From: Octopus sinensis
Lineage: Eukaryota
Direction: 5' to 3'
Length of the DNA: 64,000 nucleotides
NCBI RefSeq assembly: GCF_006345805.1
Contig: NC_043005.1
Coordinates: forward strand, 15,810,001 to 15,874,000
The notes under the pieces are model-generated. The model had not been told where the DNA came from. It made no database searches and worked only from the letters and a program-made list of their open reading frames with translations. Position numbers and translations under genes: made by a program. Of the stretch, positions 1-13,978 are shown piece by piece (the stretch's first letter is position 1; each line of letters starts with the position of its first letter).

Positions 1-313
1 GATGATATATGATGGACTCTCCCACTGAAGATGAGAAATGAGCATTAAGCTTTTGTCAAGTGACCTCCACAAATGATTTGTTTATAATGATCAAGTGTAT
101 GTGCTGTACAGTAGCACACCCTCTCATTAAATAGATGTTGCCTGAACAGGTGTATGGTGTACCACACATCAAATGTTGAAGGAATCGCAGAGGAACATGA
201 GATAAAGTGCTCTGCTCAAGAACACAATGCACCACCCAGTCTAGGAACTGAAACTATGATCTTGTGATTGTGAGTTGAGTTCAACACCCCAACCTCCTAG
301 GCCACACACACAC

Positions 314-346
<33 letters not shown>

Positions 347-376
347 TGTATGTATGTATGTATGTATGTATGTATG

Positions 377-408
<32 letters not shown>

Positions 409-498
409 AATTATTACTTGAGGGAATAACATCCAAACTTACGAGGAAAAAGAATTCAATTTAGAAATACTAAATCAAATTCCGCACAATATAATACA

Positions 499-1057
<559 letters not shown>

Positions 1058-1355
1058 TAATAAACTGCTGTTACAATTCAATATACATATTCTTCTAAAA
1101 ACAGAGCATTATTTGAAATTAGGTAAGAGCAAAGGAAGAGGAAGTTATGCAACGAACTTCATTAGCTAAGAAGTTGATACACAAGCACTCAGCTCTGTTC
1201 TATTATGCCAGCTACAGCCTAAAGATGTCAACTGGCAGTACCAGTGTTTTGGGGTCACACTGAACTATACCGATATAATATAGGGTAAATATAGTAATAA
1301 TAATCATTAGATTAAAATATTTATAAATTCCATCCAAGGATTATTATTATTATTA

Positions 1356-1400
<45 letters not shown>

Positions 1401-2164
1401 CATAATTATTATTATCATCACTATTATTATTACTACTTGTGTCAGTCATTTGACTGTGGCCATGCTGGAGCACCGCCTTCAGTTGAAGAAATTGATCCCA
1501 GGACATATTCTTTGTAAGCCTAGTACTTATTCTATACTTATTCTATCAGTCCTTTTTTGCTGAACTGCTGAGTTACGGGGACATAAACACACCAATACTG
1601 GTTGTCAAGCGATGGCCAGGGAGGGGGGGCAAACACTAACACAAAGACACACGCATAAATCTATATACTTATATCTATATATACATACATATATATATAT
1701 ATATATAAGAAATTAATAAATAAAACATATGCATATATACATACATATATGTATGTACCTACCTCTACATGTATATATACATGCATATATGGGTATAGGA
1801 CTCCAAAAAAAACGTCGAATACAATGAGAAACGAAAACATAAACACAAAACCAAGCAACTGGACATTTTTCTTAAACAACGAAAAAATAGAGTACAGGAC
1901 AAATAACACAAGGAAAATTCCCCTTCTTCAGTCGCCATGGTTTCATCTACTCTGCGTATATATATATATATATATATAATAATAAATATTAGGGAATAAA
2001 TCCAAATTTACAGGGAAAAATCAGATTTAGGATTGAATCCAATTTTATAGTAAAATATTATATAATATTAATTAGAGACAAAACCACTATTATGCAAATC
2101 AAACAAAGAAAGACTTAATCCAATACATAAAAAATTTTATATAAATTAAATAAAATTAAGTTAT

Positions 2165-2210
2165 CCACTACAATTGTTTCTTGTCACTTCTAAGGACATT
2201 CATCAGGTGG
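2165..2210 (-). ncRNA. Minimal type-I hammerhead ribozyme motif, core intact
   Basis: Minus strand: CCAC-CUGAUGA-A-UGUC(cuuagaagu)GACA-A-GAAA-CAAUUG-UA-GUGG. Stem I is 4 bp, stem II 4 bp, stem III is the palindrome ACAAUUGU, and the cleavage triplet is GUA. Confidence 0.75.
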
Positions 2211-2422
2211 TTTTCAGACCTTCTATATATTTATGATGATGGATTTTCTTGTCATGAACGACAAATGAGGGTTTACTAAAATAAAATGTTGATCATGTTC
2301 TATGGACATGAATATGTCTCTTGAGGCCTGCTGGGGCCTTGTAAGCCTTTTGGCTAATGGAACAAGTTGAGGACTCAGTTTGATTGAGTGCTTGTGGGTC
2401 CTTTACTATATATGTATATATA

Positions 2423-2826
2423 CTCTTTCACTCTTTTACTTGTTTCAGTCATTTGACAGTGGTCATGCTGGAGCACCACCTTTGGTAGAGCAAATCGACC
2501 CCAGGACTTATTCGTTGTAAGCCCAGTACTTATTCTATCGGTCTCTTTTGCCAAACCGCTAAGTTACAGGGATGTAGAAACACCAGCATCGGTTGTCAAG
2601 CAATGTTGGGGGGACAAACACAGACACACAAACATGTACACACACATACACATATATATACATATATACGACGAGCTTCTTTTAGTTTCCGTCTACCAAA
2701 TCCACTCACAAGGCTTTGGTTGGCACGAGGCTATAGTAGAAGACGTTTGCCCAAGGTGCCACTCAGTGGGACTGAACCCGGAACCACGTGGTTGGTAAGC
2801 AAGCTACTTACCACACAGCCACTCCT
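2423..2826 (-). mobile_element. tRNA-derived SINE family B (CORE-like segment CCTTGGGCAAGTG)
   Basis: Head GGAGTGGCTGTGTGGTAAG..GGTTCAGTCCC, internal microsatellite, (GAGTAAAA)n-type tail; partial copies at about 1435-1660, 13250-13300 and 42167-42206. Confidence 0.85.
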
Positions 2827-2959
2827 ATAAATCTCATCATCATTATTTTTGTAACATCCACTTCTCCATGTTTTGCATAATGGTGTCGCTTATTTACAAC
2901 CACCTCATGATGTTAAGAGAAGGAGTAAACACATGCAGACACATGCATACACAGATAGA

Positions 2960-2990
<31 letters not shown>

Positions 2991-3230
2991 CACACACACA
3001 CAACAATATATAAATGATGGTTCTGTCAATCAAAATCACTCACAAAGATCCGATTAAACAAGGACTATAGCAGAAAACACCTGTTTGTGGTATTCATTTT
3101 TGGATTGGTATTTTAGAGAAATTTTAAGAGTAAAAACAAAATATTTATTAGTAAAATAAACTATGTGGTGAAGCTAATTTTATTCTATTTATAAAACATT
3201 TATTAAGTACATTTAGTATGTTTTACTTAC

Positions 3231-3284
3231 AAGAGGTCCTTGTGGTCCATCTTTTCCATCAGTACCAGGTCGGCCTGCTTCACC
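3231..3284 (-). CDS. Collagen helix exon, 54 bp
   Basis: GEAGRPGTDGKDGPQGPL; AG acceptor, GTAAG donor. Confidence 0.96.
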
Positions 3285-3330
3285 CTAAACAGAAGAAAAA
3301 CAACAAATGATTAATTGTGGCATCTGATAA

Positions 3331-3373
<43 letters not shown>

Positions 3374-3493
3374 AATTTAAATTTAAAACGAGGGTGAGAA
3401 ATTAGATATTAATCTAATTAACATCGATTTCACACCAGTGGTCTAGCATATAAAAATCTGAAGGTTCAGTAAAATTGTATTATATACATATAT

Positions 3494-3524
<31 letters not shown>

Positions 3525-3636
3525 CATAATCAATAATAATAAAGGGTAAAATTAATTAATTTATTAACAATTAATAATTTTACCAAGTAGTTCGGTATGT
3601 TAAAAGAACTATTATCGGTAAACTTAAACAAAAATG

Positions 3637-3850
3637 TTTATAATTATGAATATAATTATAATTAGGGCTCAGCAAAAAATTTGCTTCACCACATACCAAA
3701 ATTTAGAAACAGCAGTTAAAACTAACTATTTTGCTAGAGATGTTCTTATGGTAATGAAATAGTTAGTTTTAACTGCTATTTCTAAATTTCGGTATGTGGT
3801 GAAGCAAATTTTTGCTGAACCCTAATTATAATTATACTCATAATTATAAA
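3637..3850. repeat. Inverted repeat, about 95-bp arms (3637-3731 / 3757-3850)
   Basis: Arms are reverse complements with few mismatches; 25-nt spacer. Confidence 0.9.
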
Positions 3851-4684
3851 AATTTATATATATATAAGCTTAGAAGTTTTTCAAAACCTTTTTAATGGTT
3901 TGGTCTGGAAAAGGGGTAGTGCTCATGTCCTTTGAAGACCATCTGAGACTTGAGATAGATGTGGATGTGAATCTTATCCACAAAGACAAAAAACAGAGCA
4001 AAGAAAATATTACAGACCTGTTTGCTAGTTGTAACGTCTATAATTTTGTCCTAGATTTGAGTATAATTTACTGAATTAATCACAAAATTTTAATGAGTTT
4101 TTCTTTTTAGCCACTCTAGATTAATAAAACATGGAATCAGACTAGGCTGGATTTGAAGCCAAGATGTAGGATGTTACTCCGAATATTGTTGAAAAATTTA
4201 ATTTGACATTTTACATTTTCTTAATTACCTGTAGGGACACCATATTTCGTTATGCAACCATGATATACTACAAATTATATTAAATGCTTTCAGAAGTCAA
4301 TACTGTGTTAGCAGTATTCATTTGTTAAGATTTTCTCAAGAGATTTTCTATAGAGATTGTAGTTAGCATTGATTCTTTTATGACATTTTGTGTCCGAGTA
4401 CACCTAATGTATACAACAATGAAACTGAAGATGAAAAATGGGTTACAGAATCAATGTCAGCTATAATTTCTATAGAATATCTGTAGATAAGGTGGCGAGC
4501 TGGCAGAATCGTTAGCACGCCAGGTGAAATGCTTAGTGGTATTTCGTCTCTGCCGTTACGTTCTGAGTTCAAATTCCGCCGAGGTCGGAAGTGATGTCAT
4601 GTAACAAAGTGGAGGTGGGATTTGAACATCTTCATTTTTAGACTGGCAGCCAGTGAGAACATAGATGCAAAAGAAGTATTATTC

Positions 4685-5087
4685 TTTTCTTTCACTCTTT
4701 CACTTGTTTCAGTCATTTGACTGTGGCCAAGCTGGAGCACCTCTTTAAAGGGTTTTTCATTTGAAGGACTTATTCTTTGTAAGCCTAGTACTTATTCTAT
4801 CAGTTTCCTTTGCAAAATCACTAAGTTACAGGGACATGAACACACCAACATCGGTTGTTAAGTGGTGGTGGTGGTGGTGGGCAAACACAGACACAAAGAC
4901 ACGCATGTGCATATATATGTATATAAATATATGATGGGCTTCTTTCAGTTTCCATCTACTGGATCCACTCAAAAGGCTTTGGTTGGCCTGAGGCTATAGT
5001 AGAAGACACTTGCCCAATGTGCCATGCAGAGGAACTGAACCAGGAACCATGTGGTTGAGAAGCAAACTTCTTACCACACAGCCATGC
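4685..5087 (-). mobile_element. SINE family B, diverged copy
   Basis: Alignable along its length to 2423-2826. Confidence 0.8.
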
Positions 5088-5458
5088 TTCCACCTATATT
5101 TTAGATTTTTTAGCCAGAAGGTAGGGATAATTAGTATTCTGGGGTTGCACAATTTCCTGTCAAAATTTACAGAAGTTTCTTATTTTGGAAGCTGTACACC
5201 ATCTCACAGTAAAAAGCTTCTTTTCCATCCGTCATACTTCACTTGAGCAGAAGGTATACATAACTGTAGCAGCTCATGGTGTTTGTGTTTTAGTAATAAC
5301 AGAAGTACCAAATGGATATGAAATAGAGAAAGAATAGGAATATGATGTAGGGTAGCAGCATCCAAAATTGACTTCATGCCATAGTTTCTAACTAGGGTGC
5401 TGCAATGCCCCAGAGTATCATAGACAGTATTAAGTGGTATTACAAAGATTTAAACGTA

Positions 5459-5829
5459 AACAAGAGCACTCAGAGAGCACAAAACCTCCATCAAGGCAAC
5501 ACCAATGTCCTCTCAATGATTAGCCAGAGAGGATTTTTAAAATGAGAATATCTGAAATATACCTGACTGCTCTCACAAACAAGAATACTAAAAATGAACC
5601 TGACCACTCTCAAAAAATTAATTTAAAAAAAACAGGAAAAATAATCCAGAATCCTTGTTCGGTACTAGATTGATCCCATAATTTAATCAGTTCATGCCAG
5701 TCATGACTCTAAACACCCCTGAAAGTTTCATCTGAATCCATTCAGTGGTTCTTGAGATATCTTGTCCAGGGACAAACAAACAAACACGACTGAAAACAAT
5801 ACCTCTGCCTTTGCTAAGGTGGAGGTAAT
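5459..5829 (+). mobile_element. Helentron/DINE-like non-autonomous rolling-circle element (tentative)
   Basis: 5' AACAAGAGCACTCAGAGAG..ACCTCC, internal (CAAA)n, 3' hairpin ACCTCTGCCTT-TGCT-AAGGTGGAGGT. Confidence 0.45.
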
Positions 5830-6056
5830 AACACAAGAAATGCCAAAAAGGAGGTATTGTGTACTTTAAGCTTAGGAAGACAAAGTGACAAAGGTCACAG
5901 GAGTGTTGAGCACCACCACACTCACTGATTGCTTGATGATGCCGTAATAAGAAGAAAACCACCCCTAAATCACACCTAACTTCATACAAGTGGAAAAATA
6001 TACTGGACAGTGTTGAGGAAAAATTATTTTAAAAATAAAGGAAAAAATTATCTTAC

Positions 6057-6110
6057 CTTTGCACCAGCGTTACCGAGTGGTCCAGGTGGTCCAGGATAGC
6101 CAACAACACC
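6057..6110 (-). CDS. Collagen helix exon, 54 bp
   Basis: GVVGYPGPPGPLGNAGAK; AG/GTAAG. Confidence 0.96.
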
Positions 6111-7568
6111 CTAAAAATAAATGACAGGAAGAAATATATAAATCAATATTAAAATAATATATAGGTGATGTAGTAATATATAATGGGGATTATTATTGTT
6201 GAAATATGAATAAACAGGAAGAGTGACAAGCTAAGCGTGGAATCATTATATGATTGCATAATCAGCTAGAAATAGCAGCTAAATCTCTTTTGTATCACAC
6301 ATTCTACTATCTTAAAGAAATGAGAGATTTATTGATCATTGTAGTCCTAGGTTGACTATGTCTGAAAAAAATATGGATTGTCACACCTGTAATGCCTTTG
6401 ATCATAGGCCCACTCAATCAGAGTTGACATGGAGCTAAACGATAACTACCACAAGGTATGGAAGCTATTACATAATTGGAGAAACTGCTTTTTATTCTTC
6501 ACAATTTTTTCGCCAATTTGCTGTCTAATGTTGACACTCCTTCCTAATCCCTCCAAACACTTAACTACAAACATCTCCTACTTAATGGAAGAATTGTGTT
6601 CCTGAAAATCTTGCCATTATGTGTCATCTGTCAAATTTGCCGTCATCTTGGACAATAAAGAGTTCAGTTTACAAAACTCATCCAATTCCCTTGTTACTGA
6701 CCTAGTTCAGCTTTTAAGGTAGTTTTAGATAGGAGACCACTACAAAAATATTGTCTCTCCTTTTTAGGATATTAGACTGTTAAAATGGCAACTGTCTTTC
6801 CAGCTGAACATTTAGAGGGTCACCTAGTCTCTCTCTCTCTCTCTCTCTCTCTTTTCCACTTACAGACAACTAACTTGTCATCAATGGCAAACTTTGCACA
6901 TACTTCACATCAACTTAACTGTTATTTTATGTAGATATCAATTACTTTTGTATATCGATTGGGGAAGAAGAGCACCATTAGTTACAGGTACCAATTGGCC
7001 AATCACTAACTCACTGCTTTCTTGACAGTGAGGTCATAAGGGAGTGCCTGTAACTTGGTACAGAACAAGCATCACAAAGGACTTAATTCAAAATGTACTA
7101 GTTTTTTGATTTTCTTTCTGATGTTTGCAGCCTACATACACACAGATACATGTATGTATAGGTACATATATAATGTGCGTGTACGAGTGTGTGTATAAGA
7201 ATGTTTGTGTATAGAGAGGTTTCTGCATAGTTTTTGTTTATTAAATTCTAGCCACAATGTAAGACTATAGCAGAATACATATGCGCAAGAGGCTGCCTGG
7301 TGAAAGTGAACACAGAATCATGTTGTTATGAAGTTGCTTTATAACCACATATTGTTTGTGACCACTGTTTAAAGTTTGTTGAGCTAACCCTTTATTAAAC
7401 CTATAAAGATGACAGGCAGAGTCAACTATGGTAAAACTTGAACTAAGAACATAAGGCAATGTAGCATATTCAATAAAGTTATATATAAAAAATATCTAAA
7501 AAAATGAAAAAAATTTCCTAATGACTCTGAGGTTGAACAGAAAAGCAACAGCAAAATCTTAAACTTAC

Positions 7569-7676
7569 AGGTTCTCCTTTTGGTCCATCAGGGCCTCGTG
7601 GTCCTCTGGTACCAACTTTTCCTTGCAGACCTGTCTTACCCATGTCTCCTTTTTGTCCAATATTACCCGGAAGACC
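7569..7676 (-). CDS. Collagen helix exon, 108 bp
   Basis: GLPGNIGQKGDMGKTGLQGKVGTRGPRGPDGPKGEP; AG/GTAAG. Confidence 0.96.
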
Positions 7677-7929
7677 CTGAAATATAAGTGTAAATAATAA
7701 TAGAAAAAAAGAAGATGAGAGGCTGAAAAAGAATGGATGGTATTTGAGAAGAATTTTGGGTAAGATATTTTGCACTGAGAACATTTGTTCTTTCCAATTT
7801 GATATATAATTTGAAAATTGTGCAAGGCCTCTTCCTCCAGTTCTTCAAAGAAGTGAAAGTGTCTTCTTCGAAACATTTTTTTCCCCTGTAAAATGAATTA
7901 AGACTAATGAGATATGTCATGATAACTCC

Positions 7930-8057
7930 TTCCTGGATTGGGCAGTGTATCGTGTTCTTGAGCAAAACACTTTATTCCACATTGCTCCAGTTCACTCACC
8001 TATGGAAATGAGTTGTGACATCACTGGTGCCAAGCTGTATTGGCCTTTGCCTTCTCT
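7930..8057 (+). repeat. 128-bp exact duplicate of 8401-8528
   Basis: Base-for-base identical by inspection. Confidence 0.9.
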
Positions 8058-8344
8058 GTGTTGGTGCATAAATATGGCTTTTTGTACAAATAAAAGAATG
8101 TAGTATAAATTGCTGTCCTCTCTGGAATAGGAAGCTAATCCACTACAAATAACTTCACCCAGCAGCTAAAAGACCTTGCACTTTCCATAAGTAATAAGTA
8201 AATTAACAATAAATACCTTCCTTTCTCTGGAATACATTGCTCATACAGTTAAGTGCTAGGTAAACTTTGGTTTATGTAGAATTAAGCAGATAAGTGACGA
8301 TTTACTCTTCCACTACTAGGATACATATATGAGTTAGGGGAGAA

Positions 8345-8695
8345 GGTGCATGGCTCAGTGGTTAGAATATCAGGCTCAAAATTATGAGGTAGTGAGTTTA
8401 TTCCTGGATTGGGCAGTGTATCGTGTTCTTGAGCAAAACACTTTATTCCACATTGCTCCAGTTCACTCACCTATGGAAATGAGTTGTGACATCACTGGTG
8501 CCAAGCTGTATTGGCCTTTGCCTTCTCTTTAGATAACATCATTGGCATGGAGAGGGGAGGCTAGTATGCATAGGCAACTGCTGTTCTTCCACAAACGACC
8601 ATACCCGGACAGGACTTGTGCTTTGGCAGGGTACTTTGAGGACTTGTGCCTTCGAGGTGCAATCCCATGGTCATTTATGACCAAGGAGATGGGCA
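8345..8695 (+). mobile_element. Old tRNA-derived SINE family E (CORE-like GTGTTCTTGAGCAAAACAC)
   Basis: Head TGGCTCAGTGGTTAGA; related minus-strand remnants at about 180-305, 43285-43420 and 59985-60135. Confidence 0.7.
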
Positions 8696-9329
8696 TACAT
8701 TAGCATGCGACCTCCAACAGTATATTTCGTTTTTTGATTTGGTTTGAAAGATTCTTTATGTGAGTTCGTGTGTTGAAACATATTCTGTCATGTCTGGAGA
8801 GAGTCATTTTCTTTTTGTGCCTTATAATGTAACACACTCACCGGTAAAATTTCCACTTATTTCTTATTTCTATTTTCCTAAAATTTTTGTTGCATCCTGC
8901 TACCTTTTTCAATAAAGTGACCTCTGGCAAATGGATTATATTTACAAGTAGGCCTTTGAAAGAATATGTTAATATTTCATGTCAGGCATGATGTTACCAT
9001 GTGACACTTGACAGAATATATTAACACATGGAATATGTCTTACTTTTGACATGTAAAATATATTTACAGATCGTCTTTGGCATATATGTTACCAAATGAT
9101 CTCTAAGAAGATACTAACATGCAATTATTGACAGAATATGTTAACATATGAGCTAATAAATATGTGACTGATGGCAGAATCTGTTGATATTTAACCTTTG
9201 ATGCATTATATTAACACTTCACTTCTGATGGAATATATCAACATTTGACTTGACACGTGTTAATATATAATTTATGATTTTAAGAATATTATTGTCTTGA
9301 ATTCACTTCCCCAACAGCCAAATACTTAC

Positions 9330-9437
9330 AACTTCTCCTTCTTTACCGGGTATACCAGGAGGTCCTGAGGGACCAGGGGCGCCTTTCTCTCCCAATGGTC
9401 CTTGAGGGCCAGTATTTCCAGCTACACCAGGTGGTCC
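9330..9437 (-). CDS. Collagen helix exon, 108 bp
   Basis: [36 protein letters not shown]; AG/GTAAG. Confidence 0.96.
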
Positions 9438-9899
9438 CTGAAATAAATAAAATTAGAATATATTGTAAGTTATTACACAAAATTTATATGGAACATGCAT
9501 GCATGAACACACACATTCCTACCATATGAACTCTTTAACAAGGTGACTAATGAATGTAGCAAAAGTTTTTGACTCTTCATCAACGATCCACATATTAAAA
9601 AAAAAAAAGAAAAAAAGAATACAGTCTTGAGAAATAACATAAAATACAGGCTCACAAATTCCCTTGCTGCCACAAGAATGATACTTCCAGAACTTGCAGT
9701 TTCTCAAATGTCCCTTCATCTACTCTTTTTATCTTATACTTACATGATCTCCCTATTCCTCCACAGACAGACAGTCTTGCATGCAGAAAACATCATACAC
9801 ACAGTCTTCTTGTATTCTTCAGACACTGCTGCATAACAACTAATTCACATAGAAATCTGTTTAACATGGACTTAAAGTAGCACTTGTAACATGCACTGT

Positions 9900-10385
9900 A
9901 TTATTTCACTTGGCTTGACCAGTCTTCTCAAGCACAGCATATCGCCACCGGTCTCGGTCACTTGTCATCATATCCATGTGGCCTGATGTTTGAAGCTCAT
10001 GCTACCAGCAACAGTCACAAATGCACATTCACAGGTGCCATTCACATGATACAGGTAATAGCTATGATTATGATGTCAAGTGAAATCATAGTCAGAGCTG
10101 TTGCCAGTTATGTGAACAGCACCCGTGAAATCATAACTATGGCCATCGCTGGTGTCATGCAAGTGGCACCCTTGTCAGAGGCATGTAAAAGCACCCATTA
10201 CACTCTTAGAGTGATTGGCATAAGGAAGGGTATCCAGCCATTGATACCATGCCAACTTAGAATAAAACCTGGTGCAGCCCTCCTGCTTACCAGTTCAAGC
10301 TAAACCATCTAACCCATGGCAGCATGGAAAGCGGGCTTTAAATGATGTTGATGATGATGATGATGATGATGATGATAATGATGAG
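9900..10385 (+). mobile_element. RTE LINE 3' end with an inverted 5' segment
   Basis: About 9905-9990 on the minus strand encodes DRDRWRYAVLEKTGQAK*; the 3' UTR and (GAT)n tail are on the plus strand. Confidence 0.65.
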
Positions 10386-11117
10386 CAACACTAGAAAATA
10401 TCAAATATAATCAGTTCTCACAATTAACAACATCAACATAACACACATATACCGAAGGCAAAAGCAGTTAGTTACTTGCAAATACCTCTTCAATACTCAC
10501 ATTTCACACAGAAGACACATCAGTGAAAGTGATTTGCCTCACAAACATACTTAGAGCAAGCTCTACTTTTGATTTATACAAAGAAACAGCAACTATGGTG
10601 TTACAAATAATGCCGTAGACCAATTATGACATATACCAAATCCTACTTGGGTCCCAAATCTCACAGCAAGAAACACAATAAACTACAAAAAAAAAAAAAC
10701 AAGAAGCAGTGAATTGTGTAGTGTAATGTGTTGTAGACTGACCACATCTTTAAACTGCTTACACAACAGCATAAAAATACTAGGCATGAAAGACATGTGA
10801 AAGTATACAGCTGCTACATGTCTTGTATACAGTAAGGTTTGAGCTTATGGCCATGTGGTCAATAATTCAGAATTTGGACATATTGGTGACACAATTTGTT
10901 GCTACAGGTTTAACTATTTCAATATATGTCACTGCATGAAAACAAAAAAGGCCATTTTCTAACAGCCCCCTGATGTGTGTATGTGTGTAAAATCACTCCA
11001 GAGCACGACATTAACACCCTAAGAACAAATCTCTTTCACTCAAATCAGAAACAAAAAAAAAAACAAAAAAAAAACAAGCATACACTCAAAAATAGTTGCA
11101 ACATCAATATCCTCATT

Positions 11118-11700
11118 GACCCCCAAACTCCCAGTTCAAAAATAGGAGTTCATCAGGGCTGAATTCTTTCTCCATGCCTGTTCAACATCTACACTGAGTA
11201 GATAAAGTGGGCAGCAATACAGAGAGAAGATGGCATCAAAATACGTGGCTTGCATTCCTCTAATTTAAGGTTTCCAGACAACGCTGCTCTACTTGGCAAG
11301 ACTGAAACTGGACTACAAGAAATGATAATCGAAACAGTATCAAATACACATGGTCTTTATCTCAACCCTAAGAAAACAAAAGTCATGGTAGTAGGAAAAG
11401 TGAAAGTAAATGTTAGCATTAAACTGGTAGGGACCGTGATAGTAGTGTCCTCAGGTATCTCCTCCTAAGCATCATATCAGAGACTCTGGATATTATTCAA
11501 CCGTCTCATTCTTGGTCTACCTCTAAGTCTCCTGCTGGTTGTCTCGACATGAAGACGTCATCTTGCAATGGCTCTTTCCTGCAACATTCTTATCATGTAT
11601 CTGTAGCGCTGGAGCTGTGATCTCTCAATGCAAAGATGTAGTGGATCAACCTAGAGATGCTCTTTGATTTCCAAACTATGCACCAAGATATCCTTTGAAG
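11118..11700. mobile_element. RTE-clade reverse transcriptase remnant in two opposed pieces
   Basis: Plus 11118-11440: GVHQG*ILSPCLFNIYTE, NLRFPDNAALL, GLYLNPKKTKVM. Minus 11445-11700 includes GRPRMRRLNNI. Confidence 0.75.
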
Positions 11701-11897
11701 GTACCCCATCTCAGCCACTTGCATTTATGATTGCACTCATTCGGCCATTATCTAACATTCATGACAATAGGTGAGCTGTATCTAGCTAAAAATACACACA
11801 CACACACACACACATCCATGCATAAGCATACATATATGCACTGATAAAAAAAAACTCAAATATGAGAAATATAAATAAAAATAGAAATATATCTTAC

Positions 11898-11951
11898 CAT
11901 GGGGCCACTTGTTCCTGGTGGTCCAGTGGGTCCGGCAGGTCCAGGTGGGCC
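11898..11951 (-). CDS. Collagen helix exon, 54 bp
   Basis: GPPGPAGPTGPPGTSGPM; AG/GTAAG. Confidence 0.96.
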
Positions 11952-12918
11952 CTGTAAAGTAAAAGAAACATTATATTAAAGTTTGTGGTGTCTCAGTGTG
12001 ACCAAAACCCATTCTTGTTTTGTTCAACTTTTCCGCATCTTCTCTTTTCTAGTTGCTACCTTCTCTTCCTCATCATCTTCTCCTTCACCCCTTCTGTCTC
12101 AACTTGGACCCGAGCCTATCATAAAGATTGACTCACTACTTTTATTTGGTAAGTAAGAGCAAATATTCTTTCTCTGTCTTGTAGGAATGATGAAGGAAAT
12201 TGCGTGCTGGGCACAGCTGAAAAGGTTGAGGACAGAAAAAAACCCCTTAAGGAGGACTCATGAGGGTGGAGATGTCTTATGAAAGGTGAGTGAGAGTGGT
12301 GAAATTGGAGCCCATAAGAGCCCACATTGATTATGCGGCAGCAGATTTTTGGAAAAGAACTAGGTGAAGGCATTTGGTTATGGTCTGTCGAGTAATTTGT
12401 GTTTTATGTAGTTAACCTCTGATTTCAAATCTAACTGGAAATATATTTTGACTTTATTTCATTAAAGTTTACAGAATAAAGTATCAGTTATATATAGGGT
12501 ATTTTTTAAATGAATATGCCCCTTCTTCTTCTTCACAAAATCTGTGGCTTCATTTTAATGTAAGAAATCCTTATTAGCCCTGTCATGTTGACGAAGGTGA
12601 GTTTTAGATTCATTTGTACTAAATCACTGTAAATCTTATGTGTTTAGTTTAACATTAACGGGCTAAAAAAACTAAAACCTAATTTTTCTGTTTTTCATCT
12701 TTCAGAATATGGAAGTGAAAGAGAAAAGATTCCACCAACTAAAATATGTAACAAATGATAAATGTCTTTATTGATCAACCAACCAACCAACCAACTAGTC
12801 AGCCAAAATGACCAACTGACTGACTGACCAACCAACCAGCCAATCAACCGACCCACAAGCCAACCAACCAACCAACCATTGCAGAAAAGGATGTTATATA
12901 AATATAGAAAATGTTTAC

Positions 12919-13026
12919 CTTAGGTCCTTGATCTCCAGCTTCACCTTTTTCTCCTGGAAGTCCTGGATTACCCTGAAGTCCTGGAGTTCCAGTTTGACCT
13001 CTTAATCCACGTGGACCATCGCTACC
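12919..13026 (-). CDS. Collagen helix exon, 108 bp
   Basis: [36 protein letters not shown]; AG/GTAAA. Confidence 0.96.
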
Positions 13027-13564
13027 CTGAACAAGGGGAGAAAAAAAAGGAAGATTACATTAAGTGAAGGGACAAATACATAAGGGAAAATATTGACATC
13101 ACAACATTTCCAAATGATGACGACATAGTGAAGTGAATGTTAAGATGATGATGATGAGGAGGAGGAGGAGGAGGAGGAAATGACGATGATGATGATGATG
13201 AAGATGTTTGTAGGAAGCAATGCTTTTTGCATTATCAATTTCTTCCGACTAAGGTGGTGCTCCAGCATGACCACAGTCAAATGACTAAAACTAAAATAAA
13301 AATTAAATAAATTTGATTTAATTTTTATTTATCTCTTTATTTACTTGTTTATTTGCTAATTTCATTTGTTTATTTTATTTACTTGTACATATGATTGTAA
13401 TCAATTAATAGATAGACCTAAATGAATGTTCATAGGCTTATGTCTGTCCTTTAATTATCCTCTCCATTTTATTATTTGGCTTATATATATATCTATGTAT
13501 ATATATGTGTGCATACTTTGTGCAGCAGAAATACATGTTAGTCATTTTAACTAACTAATTAAGG

Positions 13565-13977
<413 letters not shown>

Positions 13978-13978
<1 letters not shown>

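Noticed and set aside
1790-1957. Minus-strand GAAACCATGG-CGA-CTGAAGAAGGGG, a hammerhead-like pair of motifs beside (TA)n
   Set aside because: The order and spacing fit no hammerhead topology: only 3 nt for stem I and no downstream CCCC-GAAA. It may be a truncated relative, but I did not call it.
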